A stretch of DNA of 64,000 nucleotides from an uncultured bacterium (GCA_964638715.1 CAZWZF010000005.1:37824-101823), one strand, 5' to 3'. Counted from the first letter of the stretch, positions 11,521 to 22,380 are shown. A program made the numbers and translations. Notes: generated from the letters alone by a model not told the origin.

Positions 11521-11777
11521 TAAGCCATTAGCAACCAAATAATATTAATTCCATAGCCCATGACAACACCACCGGGTAAGTTTATAAATAAAATCAAACG
11601 CACTGTAACAGCATAATTTCTTCGTTGTTAGGAATCCGGACAAGTATATTAATTATGTTGAATAAATATCCATATTTTTGAATAAAATGCTATTTATTTT
11701 TTACATATTTAAGATTAGAATGTTAAAAAAGTATGTGAATAACCAGCGGTCTGGTATTTTATTTAATTGGAGAAGAT

Positions 11778-12797
11778 ATGAAAGCAGCAGTTGTGGAAAG
11801 CGCGGGAAAATTAATTGTCCGCGAATTGTCTGTACCTGAAATGGGTGAGTATGAAGCAATGTGCGAGTTGTTATTTGGCGCGGTTTGCACCGGCACTGAT
11901 ACTCATTTAATTAACTTTCACGCGCCATTTTGTTATTGGATGACAATGCCATATATATTGGGACATGAAAGCATTGGCCGCGTAGTAAAAGTCGGCGCGA
12001 AAGTCCGTAATTATAAAGCAGGTGACATCATTACACGTGTCGGGTCCCCGGCGGTGGATGGCATTTCATCTGGTTGGGGTGGTTTTGCTGAAATTGGTAT
12101 TGCCTCTGATTGGCGCGCTATGCAGGAAGACGGCATTGCCGGTTGGCAGGATAAAACTGTTCAGCAAATTTTGCCGGCAGATATTGATCCGGCAGTAGGT
12201 ACAATGTTCATAACCTGGCGCGAAACCCTGAGTTATATTACTCGTATGGGAGTAAAACCGGGAGTATCAGTACTGATTACCGGTTCTGGCAGCAACGGTT
12301 TGGCTTTTGCTGCCCACGCAAGAAATCTGGGGGCGGCAAAGGTAGTGATGGTCGGTTCCGGAAATCGTAAAAGCAATGCCGAATTGGCGGGTGTAACCGA
12401 CTTTGCGGATTATAAATCTGCTGATTGCTGGGAAAAAGCACGGGAATTTGCCCCGGAAGGTTATGATTTTGTTATTGATGCTGTCGGCAAAGCATCAATG
12501 GTTGCTGCCGGACAAAAAGTTCTGAAATCTGGCGGCACAATAGGTATTTATGGTCTTGATGAAGCCGGCAGTATAACATTGTCACCCGGCAATACATTTA
12601 CGTTTTATAACGGCGGATATGATGAGGCGGAAACCCACGACGCGGTATTGAAATTTTATCGTGCCGGTAAATTAAATCCTACAGTATGGATAGATCGAGA
12701 ACAGATATTTGAACTTGATGATATAGCCAGTGCCTTTGAGGCTGTACGAAAACGGGAAATAGTAAAGCCATTAATACGGCTTTATTGGGTGAAATAA
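11778..12797 (+). CDS. zinc-type medium-chain alcohol/polyol dehydrogenase
   Basis: GHESIGRVVKVG zinc-ADH signature and ITGSGSNGLA Rossmann motif. RBS GGAGAAG upstream. Confidence 0.75.
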   Translation: MKAAVVESAGKLIVRELSVPEMGEYEAMCELLFGAVCTGTDTHLINFHAPFCYWMTMPYILGHESIGRVVKVGAKVRNYKAGDIITRVGSPAVDGISSGWGGFAEIGIASDWRAMQEDGIAGWQDKTVQQILPADIDPAVGTMFITWRETLSYITRMGVKPGVSVLITGSGSNGLAFAAHARNLGAAKVVMVGSGNRKSNAELAGVTDFADYKSADCWEKAREFAPEGYDFVIDAVGKASMVAAGQKVLKSGGTIGIYGLDEAGSITLSPGNTFTFYNGGYDEAETHDAVLKFYRAGKLNPTVWIDREQIFELDDIASAFEAVRKREIVKPLIRLYWVK

Positions 12798-12844
12798 AAA
12801 GGCGTTGATGCGAAAAATCCACCTTTATTCGGGAGAATGGTATC

Positions 12845-14377
12845 ATGTATAGTTTGATTCAGGTGATAAAATTTAGCAGTTTAATCTTTATCCTGGCGAT
12901 GGTTATCCCGGCGTATGCGGTGATTTCCGTTCCATCGTTCTTCTCAGAGAATATGATTCTGCAACGTGATGTGCCGGTTCCTCTGTGGGGTTGGGCCGAT
13001 GAAGGCGAGGCTATTTCAATTATCTATGGAAATCATCAGCTTAAAACGGTAACAAAAGATGGACGCTGGCGGGTAGAACTCCCCGCTATGCCGGCCGGTG
13101 GTCCGTATACACTGGCGATCAGCGGCAAAGACCCAAACCAGACATTGTTATTCAGTCAGGTATTGGTCGGTGAGGTGTGGATTGTCTGTGGTCAGTCAAA
13201 TGCCGGACTACCGTTACACGCATGCGATAATTACGATGATGCTATTGCCCACAGAAATGATTACCCGAATATCCGTGAGGTAGAACTTGGCCGGCGTAAT
13301 TGTCATACGGTGACCACTCCGCAGGATAACGCATATTCCTATTGGGGTGCATGTAAGTGGCAGGATGCGTCGTATCTCGTTACGCGTTGGAGCACTGGCG
13401 ACAAACCATTATCACAAACTGTCCCGGGTTGTATGAGCGGGCTGTCATACTTTTTTGCCCGCGAATTGTATAAGCATTTTGACAGTAAAGTACCGGTAGG
13501 TATTGTTCAGCTTGGGGCGATTTTGCCGGTGCAGACTTGGGTAAGCGACGCTACTGTGGCGGCAACACCGTTGCTTGCACCGGTGCGCGGTAAAGGTTAC
13601 CCTAATGCGACTTCGGCAGGATACAATGACCAGGTATCTCCACTGGCGCCATTCCCAGTGCGCGGGGTGGTATATTACCAGGGAGAGATGAACGCCGGAA
13701 AAGGGAACGGACCTTTTTACCAGGCAGGACTGACGGCTATGATTCAGGATTGGCGCAAAGTGTGGAATAATCCGGATTTGCCTTTCCTGATTGTACAATT
13801 AGCTGGTTTTATCAAACATCTGGGACCGGAAGATAAGCGACTTGATATGGACGCTGCCACCCTGGCGAAGTTCACTGGTGAAAATGTAGATCACGGATTC
13901 TGCCACATCCGGCAGGCACAATTAGATGTCTCACGCGCTGTGCCGCATGTTGGTTTAGCCGTTACAACTGATATTGGCGACCCTTATGACATACATCCAC
14001 GCAAGAAATTACCGGTTGCACAGCGGTTGATGCTGCAGGCACGCAAACTGGCATATGGTGAGAAGGTAGTAGCTGATAGTCCATATCCGGAACAGGTAGA
14101 TTTTAAAGATAATGAATGTCAAATTCGTTATGGTGGAATTGGTGGTGGCCTGGTGATAAAAGATGGCGCGTTAAAAGGATTTGAATTAAGCGCAGACGGA
14201 AATACTTTCATAAATGCAAAAGCTGTAATCCGGGGTGACACCGTGATAGTGACTGCCACCGATATTAAATCACCAGTTGCGGTGCGTTATGCCTGGGCCG
14301 GTTGGCCGGTAGCGACATTATACAACATGGAAGGACTACCCGCGACACCATTCCGTTGGGCACAACATAAGGAATGA
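12845..14377 (+). CDS. sialate O-acetylesterase-like carbohydrate esterase (SASA/DUF303)
   Basis: Signal/anchor N-terminus. CGQSNA and GVVYYQGEMN motifs are typical of the SASA family. Confidence 0.7.
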   Translation: MYSLIQVIKFSSLIFILAMVIPAYAVISVPSFFSENMILQRDVPVPLWGWADEGEAISIIYGNHQLKTVTKDGRWRVELPAMPAGGPYTLAISGKDPNQTLLFSQVLVGEVWIVCGQSNAGLPLHACDNYDDAIAHRNDYPNIREVELGRRNCHTVTTPQDNAYSYWGACKWQDASYLVTRWSTGDKPLSQTVPGCMSGLSYFFARELYKHFDSKVPVGIVQLGAILPVQTWVSDATVAATPLLAPVRGKGYPNATSAGYNDQVSPLAPFPVRGVVYYQGEMNAGKGNGPFYQAGLTAMIQDWRKVWNNPDLPFLIVQLAGFIKHLGPEDKRLDMDAATLAKFTGENVDHGFCHIRQAQLDVSRAVPHVGLAVTTDIGDPYDIHPRKKLPVAQRLMLQARKLAYGEKVVADSPYPEQVDFKDNECQIRYGGIGGGLVIKDGALKGFELSADGNTFINAKAVIRGDTVIVTATDIKSPVAVRYAWAGWPVATLYNMEGLPATPFRWAQHKE

Positions 14378-14476
14378 GGTAGTTATAACCGGTTGCTGAT
14401 ACTGCTGAAGTGACCACATCTGAAAAGCGGAATCTTTTTGCGCCATTTCTGTATATAAAAAAGCGCATTTTTGATA

Positions 14477-14505
14477 ATGACAAATGGTGGTGTGCGGTAT
14501 AGTAT
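14477..14505 (+). promoter_or_regulatory. candidate promoter ATGACA-N17-TAGTAT in a block conserved with 1301-1364
   Basis: Same -35 hexamer and spacing as the 1336-1364 candidate. The -10 is weaker. Confidence 0.3.
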
Positions 14506-14561
14506 TTTGAAATAATAGAATCGACTTCCGCTGTTGTCGCGGTTAAAAAGGAGAATATTAA

Positions 14562-17500
14562 ATGTTTATCAGTTTAATCCAGAGAGTTTTGCTTATTGCG
14601 ATGGTTGTCTGCGTTATGGTATCTGTGAATGCCCAGTCGTTACCGGCGGGTAAGTTGGGTGCCTTTGCGGTGCCAAAAATCCGTAAGGCGCCGGTGATTG
14701 ACGGGAATATTGATGCTGTTGAATGGCGCGAGGCGTTGGCAATCGGCGGGCTTGCGTCGCAAAACCCCGGCGGAAATTTGCTGATTATGCGTCCGACGAC
14801 ATATTATCTGGCATGGGATGCAGACAATATTTACGTTGCCTGCCGCACATGGATAATGCCGGGGTATATTCCACGGGTAAGCGGACGCGCACCGGGTACG
14901 GTAAGCGCGTTTGATGACGGCATGGAGTTTAACCTGAAACCGATGGGCAAAAATGTGGTTGATGGCAGAACTGATAGTTGTTATAAATTTTTCATCAGTT
15001 GTTTTGGGTCGGATGGCGATTTGGCACGGGTATCAGTTGGCCAGATGTTCCGCAATTGGCGTCCATATTTTAAAACGGCTACCCGCCTGACTGATGTCGG
15101 CAGTGCACCCATGGGAGGACGATGGTGGGAAGGCGAAGTTGTATTGCCGGCAAAAGATTTTGAGTTAAATGGTCCAAATCGCGTGGGTGATACATGGAAA
15201 ATGCTGTTGGCATTTAACCATATCCCCGGATTTTTTCAGGCGGCAATTCCATTAAACTCCGGTTATTTTGATCCGGGTGGATGGCCGTTGATGACACTGG
15301 TAGAAAATACCCCCGGAGTAAAAGTAACTATGGATGATTTGCCCGGTATAAAAGATGGTACCGCGGCTGTGAAAATAAACGCTTTTAACCCGACGAATCA
15401 AACAGTTACGCTAAATGTATTGGCACAACTGGAAGAATGGAAAGGCAAGAATGCTGAAGATATATTAAAGAAAGAACAAATAGTTACCATTGAACCTGGG
15501 AAATCCGCGGAGTTCGCGATAAATGAAAAGTTACCCCGTGAAATTGGTAAAAATAAAGGTGGTTTATATTTCCGTATAACCCAGGGTGATAAAGAATTAT
15601 ATCGTTATTACACTTATTTTGAGTTGGGATATCCGGAAAATTGGGTGAAATATAGCCCTTCAAAAGAAGCATTCCCATTAAGCGGGACATTTAACCCGGT
15701 GCGTAATAATTTTTTAATCACTGCTGATGCCTATTATCTTGATAAGCCGGAAATGGTGAAACAGGTACGTTATACCGTCACCCGCGAAGGCGAAAACAAA
15801 GCCGTTATCAGTGGTACCATCACAAAAGCCAGTTATAAATCGTATACCAGTTTACTGCAGATGCCAACATTATCAGAAGGCACTTACAATGTTGAAGCTT
15901 ATATGGATTTAAATGACGGTAAAACATTGGGACCGGTAAAAACAGAGTTTAAAAAACTTGATGAACCGAAAGAGTTCGCGGCCTGGTGGAATAATAAAAT
16001 AGGCAATATTGAACGGGTAATTCCTCCTTTCACCGCGATAAAGCGGAAAGGTCAACAGATTAATTTATGGGGTCGTCAATATACCCTTGACGCATTAGGG
16101 ATGCCGAAAGAAATTTTATCGAATGGAAAGGCTGTTACAGCGTCACCAGCCAGAATAGTTGCAGTAATCGGCGGTAAAGAGAAGATTATATCATTAAGCG
16201 GAAAATTGATATTTACAGAAGAAACCGCCTGGCGTCTGGGATTTAAGGGGAAAGCAACCAGCGCGGGATTGCAATTCACAGCGACTGGAAGCATAGAACA
16301 GGACGGCCTGGTTCAGGTTAATCTCACCTATGCTCCCGCTGGCAAGACTGCTGTTAAGGTAGATGCGTTGCGGCTTGAGTTCCCGGTTTCCAACAAAGAT
16401 GCAGAAACAATGAACTGCATGGGGCCGGGTGGCAACTTTGCTTCGTTAGCCGCCAATATATTGCCTGCGGATAAGAAAGGAATGTTATGGAACACGTTGG
16501 AACTTGGCCGCGGCGGCACCGGTATGACAGTCGGTTCGTTTTACCCGGATGTATGGATAGGTAATGAACAGCGTGGTTTGTTATGGTGGGGTGACAGCGA
16601 CAAAGGTTGGATACCGGATGATGATGTGCCGGCACATGAAATATGGCGTATCGGCAACGAAGTGGTACTGCGGAATAATATCATTGGTAAACCGTACCAA
16701 CTGGCAGAACCGCGAACATTGACATTCACTTACAACGCCACCCCATTTAAACCATTCCCCAAAGGTTGGCGCGCTACTATTAACGCGGAAGATGGCACCT
16801 TCAGTGGACCGCATAAGCAATATACCGACACCAAAACCGGACAGAAATTTGATGGCACCCAGTGGTTGTCCGCGCCGGCATTGCCCAAAGATTGGGAACG
16901 GGTATGGGGAGAATTTAAAATACAGGCAGATGCCAAGGTGAAAGCAACGCAACCATTTGACCCGCTTAAAGCACGGCGAACCGCCTGGGTACATAATTCA
17001 CTGGCACTTATGGGTTATGGCGACCGGTCCAGCGACTGGAATCTTGAACGTTATTTTTATCCGGAATGGGATGAGCATACATTGGGTGAAACCGAACGAA
17101 ATTATATGTTATGGCTGGCAGACCGGGCATTTACTGAGGGTGGTTTGCGGTCAATATATTGGGATATTTTCTTTATTAAGGCATGGGATGGCGTACAAAA
17201 TGGCATGGCATACACTTTGCCGGATAGCCGGTTGCAGCCAACATATAACGGCTTGAATATGAGAAAACTGATGATGCGGCTAAACTCGCTACAGGAAGAA
17301 AAAGGCTTATCACCCGGTGGTCTGTCCGCGCATTCATCCAACTGTTTCCCGTTGGTGGCATACCCATGGGTAGGCGCCGGGCTTGATGGCGAATGGGCAT
17401 TTATGACAGACGCATCACCGCGCGACTGGGTAGATAACTATTCAGCAGAACGTATGCGCGCCTTAAATACCCCGCAGAATTATGGTTTGCCAATGACATG

Positions 17501-18401
17501 GATGAGCATAAACTGGATTACCGAACCAGTGAAACGCGGTCGTGTCTGGCGTGGTTTTTATGACTGGGCACGTTTTCACGACTGCAACTGGTATGGTTGG
17601 GATGGTTACGGACCCGGACAGAAACTGTTGGACTGGGGTCTTAATGATGAGCGACTGCAGTATGTGCCGCATTGGCGCAACACCGCTATCACCTGTGATG
17701 ATAAGGATGTATTGGTAGCATATTGGCAATTGCCGGGACGTGTAATGGTGATGGCATTTAATTATGATGGAAAGGCAGTTAAAGACCCTGTTTTAAAAAT
17801 AGATTATGCCAAATTAGGTCTTTCAACTAAAATGACTATATCATCCCTGTCTGAATTACGTGGAATAGATACCCAGAACGGACAAGCAGCAGGCGCAGAT
17901 CCGGTTCCGGTACTTGATGCTGCAAACGGTAAAATTTCTATTACATTACTGCAACCCCATACCGCGCGGTATTTTGGCATACGTGTTGATGAATCCGCAC
18001 TGATATCAACAATTCAGAAAGATTTTGAAACTATTGGGAATGGCGCCAAACTGACAGACGCGATGGGTGACTGGGGATTAATCAGCAAAGATACAAAGTT
18101 CTTGCAGAATGATAAGGTTGTCGATGTTAAATGCGCGACAACCAGCATAAAGATTGCGATGTGGCAATTACCTGACCGCGTGCTGTTGGCGATTACGAAT
18201 ACTGATAAAAAAGATACAACCGCTACACTTGATATCGACCTTGATAAACTGGGGTTAACGCCAAAACAGCCATGGCAGGAGTTCCTGCGGGTGCGCGATT
18301 TTACCGGTGGAAACTCTAACCTTGATTTTTATAACAAAAAATTGACTGTTGGCAGCATTAAACCCGGCACAGTTAAAATAGTCGGCATTCGGAGATATTA
18401 A
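14562..18401 (+). CDS. very large secreted protein with N-terminal CBM9/DOMON-like module; possible glycoside hydrolase of unknown family
   Basis: Signal peptide. APVIDGNIDAVEWREA...YYLAWDADNIYVACR resembles CBM9-type modules. The ORF encodes 1279 aa. RBS AAAAGGAGAA upstream. Confidence 0.6.
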   Translation: MFISLIQRVLLIAMVVCVMVSVNAQSLPAGKLGAFAVPKIRKAPVIDGNIDAVEWREALAIGGLASQNPGGNLLIMRPTTYYLAWDADNIYVACRTWIMPGYIPRVSGRAPGTVSAFDDGMEFNLKPMGKNVVDGRTDSCYKFFISCFGSDGDLARVSVGQMFRNWRPYFKTATRLTDVGSAPMGGRWWEGEVVLPAKDFELNGPNRVGDTWKMLLAFNHIPGFFQAAIPLNSGYFDPGGWPLMTLVENTPGVKVTMDDLPGIKDGTAAVKINAFNPTNQTVTLNVLAQLEEWKGKNAEDILKKEQIVTIEPGKSAEFAINEKLPREIGKNKGGLYFRITQGDKELYRYYTYFELGYPENWVKYSPSKEAFPLSGTFNPVRNNFLITADAYYLDKPEMVKQVRYTVTREGENKAVISGTITKASYKSYTSLLQMPTLSEGTYNVEAYMDLNDGKTLGPVKTEFKKLDEPKEFAAWWNNKIGNIERVIPPFTAIKRKGQQINLWGRQYTLDALGMPKEILSNGKAVTASPARIVAVIGGKEKIISLSGKLIFTEETAWRLGFKGKATSAGLQFTATGSIEQDGLVQVNLTYAPAGKTAVKVDALRLEFPVSNKDAETMNCMGPGGNFASLAANILPADKKGMLWNTLELGRGGTGMTVGSFYPDVWIGNEQRGLLWWGDSDKGWIPDDDVPAHEIWRIGNEVVLRNNIIGKPYQLAEPRTLTFTYNATPFKPFPKGWRATINAEDGTFSGPHKQYTDTKTGQKFDGTQWLSAPALPKDWERVWGEFKIQADAKVKATQPFDPLKARRTAWVHNSLALMGYGDRSSDWNLERYFYPEWDEHTLGETERNYMLWLADRAFTEGGLRSIYWDIFFIKAWDGVQNGMAYTLPDSRLQPTYNGLNMRKLMMRLNSLQEEKGLSPGGLSAHSSNCFPLVAYPWVGAGLDGEWAFMTDASPRDWVDNYSAERMRALNTPQNYGLPMTWMSINWITEPVKRGRVWRGFYDWARFHDCNWYGWDGYGPGQKLLDWGLNDERLQYVPHWRNTAITCDDKDVLVAYWQLPGRVMVMAFNYDGKAVKDPVLKIDYAKLGLSTKMTISSLSELRGIDTQNGQAAGADPVPVLDAANGKISITLLQPHTARYFGIRVDESALISTIQKDFETIGNGAKLTDAMGDWGLISKDTKFLQNDKVVDVKCATTSIKIAMWQLPDRVLLAITNTDKKDTTATLDIDLDKLGLTPKQPWQEFLRVRDFTGGNSNLDFYNKKLTVGSIKPGTVKIVGIRRY

Positions 18402-18413
18402 TTTACCCCAAAA

Positions 18414-18454
18414 ATTACAATCCTTCTTGTTAAGTTTGCAGGAAGGATTGTAAT
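18414..18454 (+). terminator. 13-bp perfect hairpin after the 1279-aa gene
   Basis: ATTACAATCCTTC / GAAGGATTGTAAT arms with a 15-nt loop. The T-tract is weak. Confidence 0.45.
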
Positions 18455-18507
18455 TGTGGTTAATAAGTTTATTGTAGGGAATCGTTTCCCTGATGCGAGG
18501 AGTTATT

Positions 18508-19488
18508 ATGAGTCAATACATTATCAATAATGAATCCGGCGCTAAATTGCAGGTGAGAAGTGCCGGTATGGAAGAATTTAAAAATCCAGGTTTTGGATTA
18601 TCTATGCATTGGGGGTTATATTCGTTAATTGGGCGAAGTGAATGGGCACTGCATACGGAATCTATCCCCCATGATAAATATTTTGATATGATGAATAAAT
18701 TCAATCCCTTCCGTTTCAATGCGGATGAATGGGCTGATTTAATGTTGGAGTCTGGACAGAAATTTTTGTTGATAACCAGCAAACACCATGATGGATTTTG
18801 CATGTGGGACACAGCGTTAACCGATAAAAAGATTACCAATACCCCATTTAGCCGTGACGTTATAGCTGAATTATCAAAAGCGTTAAATCATCGCGGATTG
18901 AAATTACATTTTTATTACTCGCTGATGGATTGGACACATCCTGCATATCGTACAGATTGGCCGGCATATCTTGAATATTTAAATGGACAGCTCACGGAAT
19001 TGCTGACAAATTATGGCAAAATAAATGGCGTATTGTTTGATGGATATTGGCCGCGTTTTGAAACAGGACCTAACGATGCCCATTTTAAGGAAGGTGATTC
19101 ATATAACTTAGCCGGCATATATGATTTAATCCATACTTTGCAGCCAGACGCTGTGGTAACTAATAACCATCACATGCTGCCAATTGATGGTGAGGATTAT
19201 CAGGTGTGGGAATTGGATATGCCGGGAGAGAATACCATAGGTTTTAATTGTCCGGAGATTGGCGATATCACCAAAGCTGTCTGGTGGAATTTAAATGCCG
19301 GATGGAGTTACCAACCCGGCAGTCATAACCTGAAATCCGCTGACACAATATTAACAGCTAAAGAAAATGCTGAAAAAAGAGAATCGGTATTCATACTTAA
19401 TATTGGACCGCGTCCATTTGGTGATATTCATCCTGACGAAGCCGCTGTTTTACGGCAGATAGGCCAAAAAACGCGGGAGAAGGGATAA
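18508..19488 (+). CDS. alpha-L-fucosidase (GH29)
   Basis: FGLSMHWGLYS...ITSKHHDGFCMWDT is the classic GH29 N-terminal signature. The ATG at 18508 follows GAGGAG. Confidence 0.85.
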   Translation: MSQYIINNESGAKLQVRSAGMEEFKNPGFGLSMHWGLYSLIGRSEWALHTESIPHDKYFDMMNKFNPFRFNADEWADLMLESGQKFLLITSKHHDGFCMWDTALTDKKITNTPFSRDVIAELSKALNHRGLKLHFYYSLMDWTHPAYRTDWPAYLEYLNGQLTELLTNYGKINGVLFDGYWPRFETGPNDAHFKEGDSYNLAGIYDLIHTLQPDAVVTNNHHMLPIDGEDYQVWELDMPGENTIGFNCPEIGDITKAVWWNLNAGWSYQPGSHNLKSADTILTAKENAEKRESVFILNIGPRPFGDIHPDEAAVLRQIGQKTREKG

Positions 19489-19492
19489 TATT

Positions 19493-20551
19493 ATGACGAC
19501 ATCATTTCAACTGCACCGTCGGGAAAAACCGGATTCCAGCAAGTTTATAGCAGTGCTGGAACGACGCGGCGACAGAAATTATGTTCCTTTTTTTGAAATG
19601 ATACCGAATTATTTTGCGGAGTTAAGTGGAATTGAACCACCAAAAGAAATAAATTTCGGCAATAATTCGCCGTATTACCTGCCGACTTTCGCATATTATT
19701 TTCAGGCGATGGCGCAAATGGGTTTTGATATCGGCATTATCAACCTGTACGGATTTTGCGGTTTCCCCGGTTATCATCACGGTAGAAAAGTTCAGGGTGA
19801 TGATGGCGCTATTACTGACTGGGAATCATTTGAGAAGTATAAGTGGCCGTCTGCAAATGATATTAATGTTGATATGATGGCGGATACAGCGGCACTGGCG
19901 CCGGAAGGGATGGGAGTATGGACTGGCGGTCCCGCGCCTTTTCAGGTATCCATGGATGAACTGCTGGGATTTAATCGTTTAGCGATGTTAACCTATGACG
20001 ACCCGGATCTGGTAAAAGCGGTGGCAGATAAAGTAGGATCAATTATGGTAGAAATAATCGATATTTGCTGTTCGCTGCCATTTATACAGGGATTTGAGTT
20101 TTGTGGCGATATGGGGCATAAAACCGCGACCATGCTGTCGCCGGATGTTATGCGGCAATATTATCTGCCATGGCACAAAAAAGCCTGCGATTCGGCACAT
20201 AATCATGGTAAAAAAATAATATTACATTCATGCGGCAACCTTGCCGCCATAATGTCGGATATTGTCGCCTGCGGATATGACGGAAAACATTCGTATGAAG
20301 ATAATATTATCCCCGGTATCATTGATTTGCATAAAGAATATGGCAAGAAAATAGCCTTACTGGGTGGAGTTGATGTTGATTTTTTATGCCGCGCGTCTGA
20401 AGAACAGATTCGACAACGGGTGCGTGATTATATTGACGCCATGGCACCTGATGGTGGTTACTGCCTTGGTAGTGGAAACAGCATACCTGATTATGTACCG
20501 ATTGAAAGTTATTGGGCAATGTTGGATGAAGGGTTAAAATATGGAAGATAA
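19493..20551 (+). CDS. uroporphyrinogen decarboxylase (URO-D)/MtaA-like family protein
   Basis: Size and C-terminal pattern (ILHSCGNLAAIMSDIVACGYDGKHSYED) fit the URO-D/methyltransferase fold. It starts 5 nt after the fucosidase stop. Confidence 0.6.
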   Translation: MTTSFQLHRREKPDSSKFIAVLERRGDRNYVPFFEMIPNYFAELSGIEPPKEINFGNNSPYYLPTFAYYFQAMAQMGFDIGIINLYGFCGFPGYHHGRKVQGDDGAITDWESFEKYKWPSANDINVDMMADTAALAPEGMGVWTGGPAPFQVSMDELLGFNRLAMLTYDDPDLVKAVADKVGSIMVEIIDICCSLPFIQGFEFCGDMGHKTATMLSPDVMRQYYLPWHKKACDSAHNHGKKIILHSCGNLAAIMSDIVACGYDGKHSYEDNIIPGIIDLHKEYGKKIALLGGVDVDFLCRASEEQIRQRVRDYIDAMAPDGGYCLGSGNSIPDYVPIESYWAMLDEGLKYGR

Positions 20552-20852
20552 AGTTAATGTAATCACCAATCATTTGGGTTACCGTAATGGCCATGGTAAA
20601 AAACATGTTTTAGTCACAGATGTACCTGATGCGCGGAGTATATTTGGTGATTCTATATTCACTGTTTTTGAACAGAACAATTTTTCAAAATATGGACTAA
20701 ATGACCCTCGGCAGATTCCGCATATCCATCGCGCATCACTGAATCGCATTCACACTGATTTCCAGACAAGTCTAATTTTCATTATTAAAGTTTTTTGCGT
20801 ATTCTTGTCCTCAAATTATAGAGGTGAACAATCTTATGACACAGCTCTATGA
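20541..20852 (+). pseudogene. 5' stub of an operon gene (Ig-like N-terminus of a glycoside hydrolase?) cut off at the GC-rich block
   Basis: The start overlaps the upstream stop (ATGGAAGATAA). VITNHLGYRNGHGKKHVLV resembles the N-terminal Ig-like domain of GH9-type enzymes. Only about 60 plausible codons precede degeneration. Confidence 0.4.
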
Positions 20853-22380
20853 CGGTTGCGTCCCCATCATGACCCCTCCGCCGTTGAAGACGCCGCGCCT
20901 CAACGGAGCGCGTGTCGTCGGCGTTCGCTCCGGCAGCCCGTTCCTGCATGCACTTGCCGCCACGGGTGACCGTCCCATGACCTTCTCGGCGATTGGCTTG
21001 CCGACAGGCCTGCGTCTTGATTCCGTGACCGGGATTATCACCGGAACTGTGTCCACCCGCGGCGCCTGCGACGTGACTGTCGGTGCCGCCAACAGCCATG
21101 GAAAAACCGAGCGCACACTACGCATCATGGTCGGTGACGCAATATCGCTCACTCCGCCGATGGGTTTTAATACCTATGGCGGCTGGGGTCCCTTCGTCAC
21201 TGAGACCGATATCCGCGCTGGTGCACAAGCTCTGGTGAAGTCTGGCTTGAGCCAGCATGGTTACTGCTATGTGAATATTGACGATGGTTGGCAGGGCAGG
21301 CGCGGCGGTAAGGAGAATGCCATTCAGCCCAATGATAAGTTTGGCGATATGCGAAGTCTATGCGATGACCTGCACGCGCTCGGTTTCAAGGCTGGTATCT
21401 ATTCGACACCCTGGGCGAGTACCTATGAAGGATTCATCGGCGGCTCCAGCGACGCCGTTGATGGCGCGTGGATATCTCCTGATCCACCGCGTAGCGGCAT
21501 AGGTAAGTTTGGCAGTCACTGCTTCGCGATTGAGGATGCCAGGCAATGGGCGGCGTGGGGTTTTGACTACTGCAAGTATGACTGGGGTATCGACAGCTTA
21601 GCGCGTGCGCAATATATGCGCGATGCCCTTGACGCGACCGGGCGTGATTTTGTGTTGGAACTTTCCAATGCGGCACCGTTTGCGCAGGCCGCGGATTATA
21701 CTGCCATCGGCAACATGTGCCGTACCACGACTGATATCACCGATGTCTGGGACCGTAAACAGTTGCCGGCCAGTCAGCGCGATTTTGGGGCTATGGGAAT
21801 TTACGATATTTGGATGCGGCACCGCGATTGGGCTCCGTTTAATCGTCCCGGCCACTGGAACATGCCTTGCCCGCTGCGCGTCGGGTTACTCGGCGGTTGG
21901 GATCTCAAACCGCTGACTCCAACGCGTCTCACGCCGGCTGAGCAATACAGTCACATCAGCCTCTGGTGCTTGTGGTCGGCACCGCTCATCATCGGCTGTC
22001 CAGTCGAACGACTGGATTCCTTTACGCTTAGCCTGTTGAATAACGACGAGGTGCTGGACCTTGACCAGGATTCGCTGGGACAACAGGCACGCCAACTTGC
22101 CCCGGACTCGCCGGATATACTGGTGAAAGAGCTGTGGGACGGCAGCAAGGCAGTCGGACTGTTTAACACCAGCGACACGGAGGACGAGTTAACTGTTAGT
22201 TGGAGCGATTTGGGTATCACCGGACCGCACACTATACGAGATCTCTGGCGCCAAACCGATATTGGTGTCTCGGATACCCGCTTCTCTGCCCGTATCATGG
22301 CTCATGGAGTGGTGCTCATCCGGCTGAGCGACATTGACACAACGTCGGCAAAGCACGCCAACCCGGGGAGTTTCGCATGA
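20836..22380 (+). CDS. alpha-galactosidase (GH27) with N-terminal Ig-like domain; GC-rich
   Basis: PPMGFNTYGGWG...YVNIDDGWQ...GFKAGIYSTPW are GH27 motifs. GAGGTG lies 9 nt before the ATG at 20836. Confidence 0.8.
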   Translation: MTQLYDGCVPIMTPPPLKTPRLNGARVVGVRSGSPFLHALAATGDRPMTFSAIGLPTGLRLDSVTGIITGTVSTRGACDVTVGAANSHGKTERTLRIMVGDAISLTPPMGFNTYGGWGPFVTETDIRAGAQALVKSGLSQHGYCYVNIDDGWQGRRGGKENAIQPNDKFGDMRSLCDDLHALGFKAGIYSTPWASTYEGFIGGSSDAVDGAWISPDPPRSGIGKFGSHCFAIEDARQWAAWGFDYCKYDWGIDSLARAQYMRDALDATGRDFVLELSNAAPFAQAADYTAIGNMCRTTTDITDVWDRKQLPASQRDFGAMGIYDIWMRHRDWAPFNRPGHWNMPCPLRVGLLGGWDLKPLTPTRLTPAEQYSHISLWCLWSAPLIIGCPVERLDSFTLSLLNNDEVLDLDQDSLGQQARQLAPDSPDILVKELWDGSKAVGLFNTSDTEDELTVSWSDLGITGPHTIRDLWRQTDIGVSDTRFSARIMAHGVVLIRLSDIDTTSAKHANPGSFA

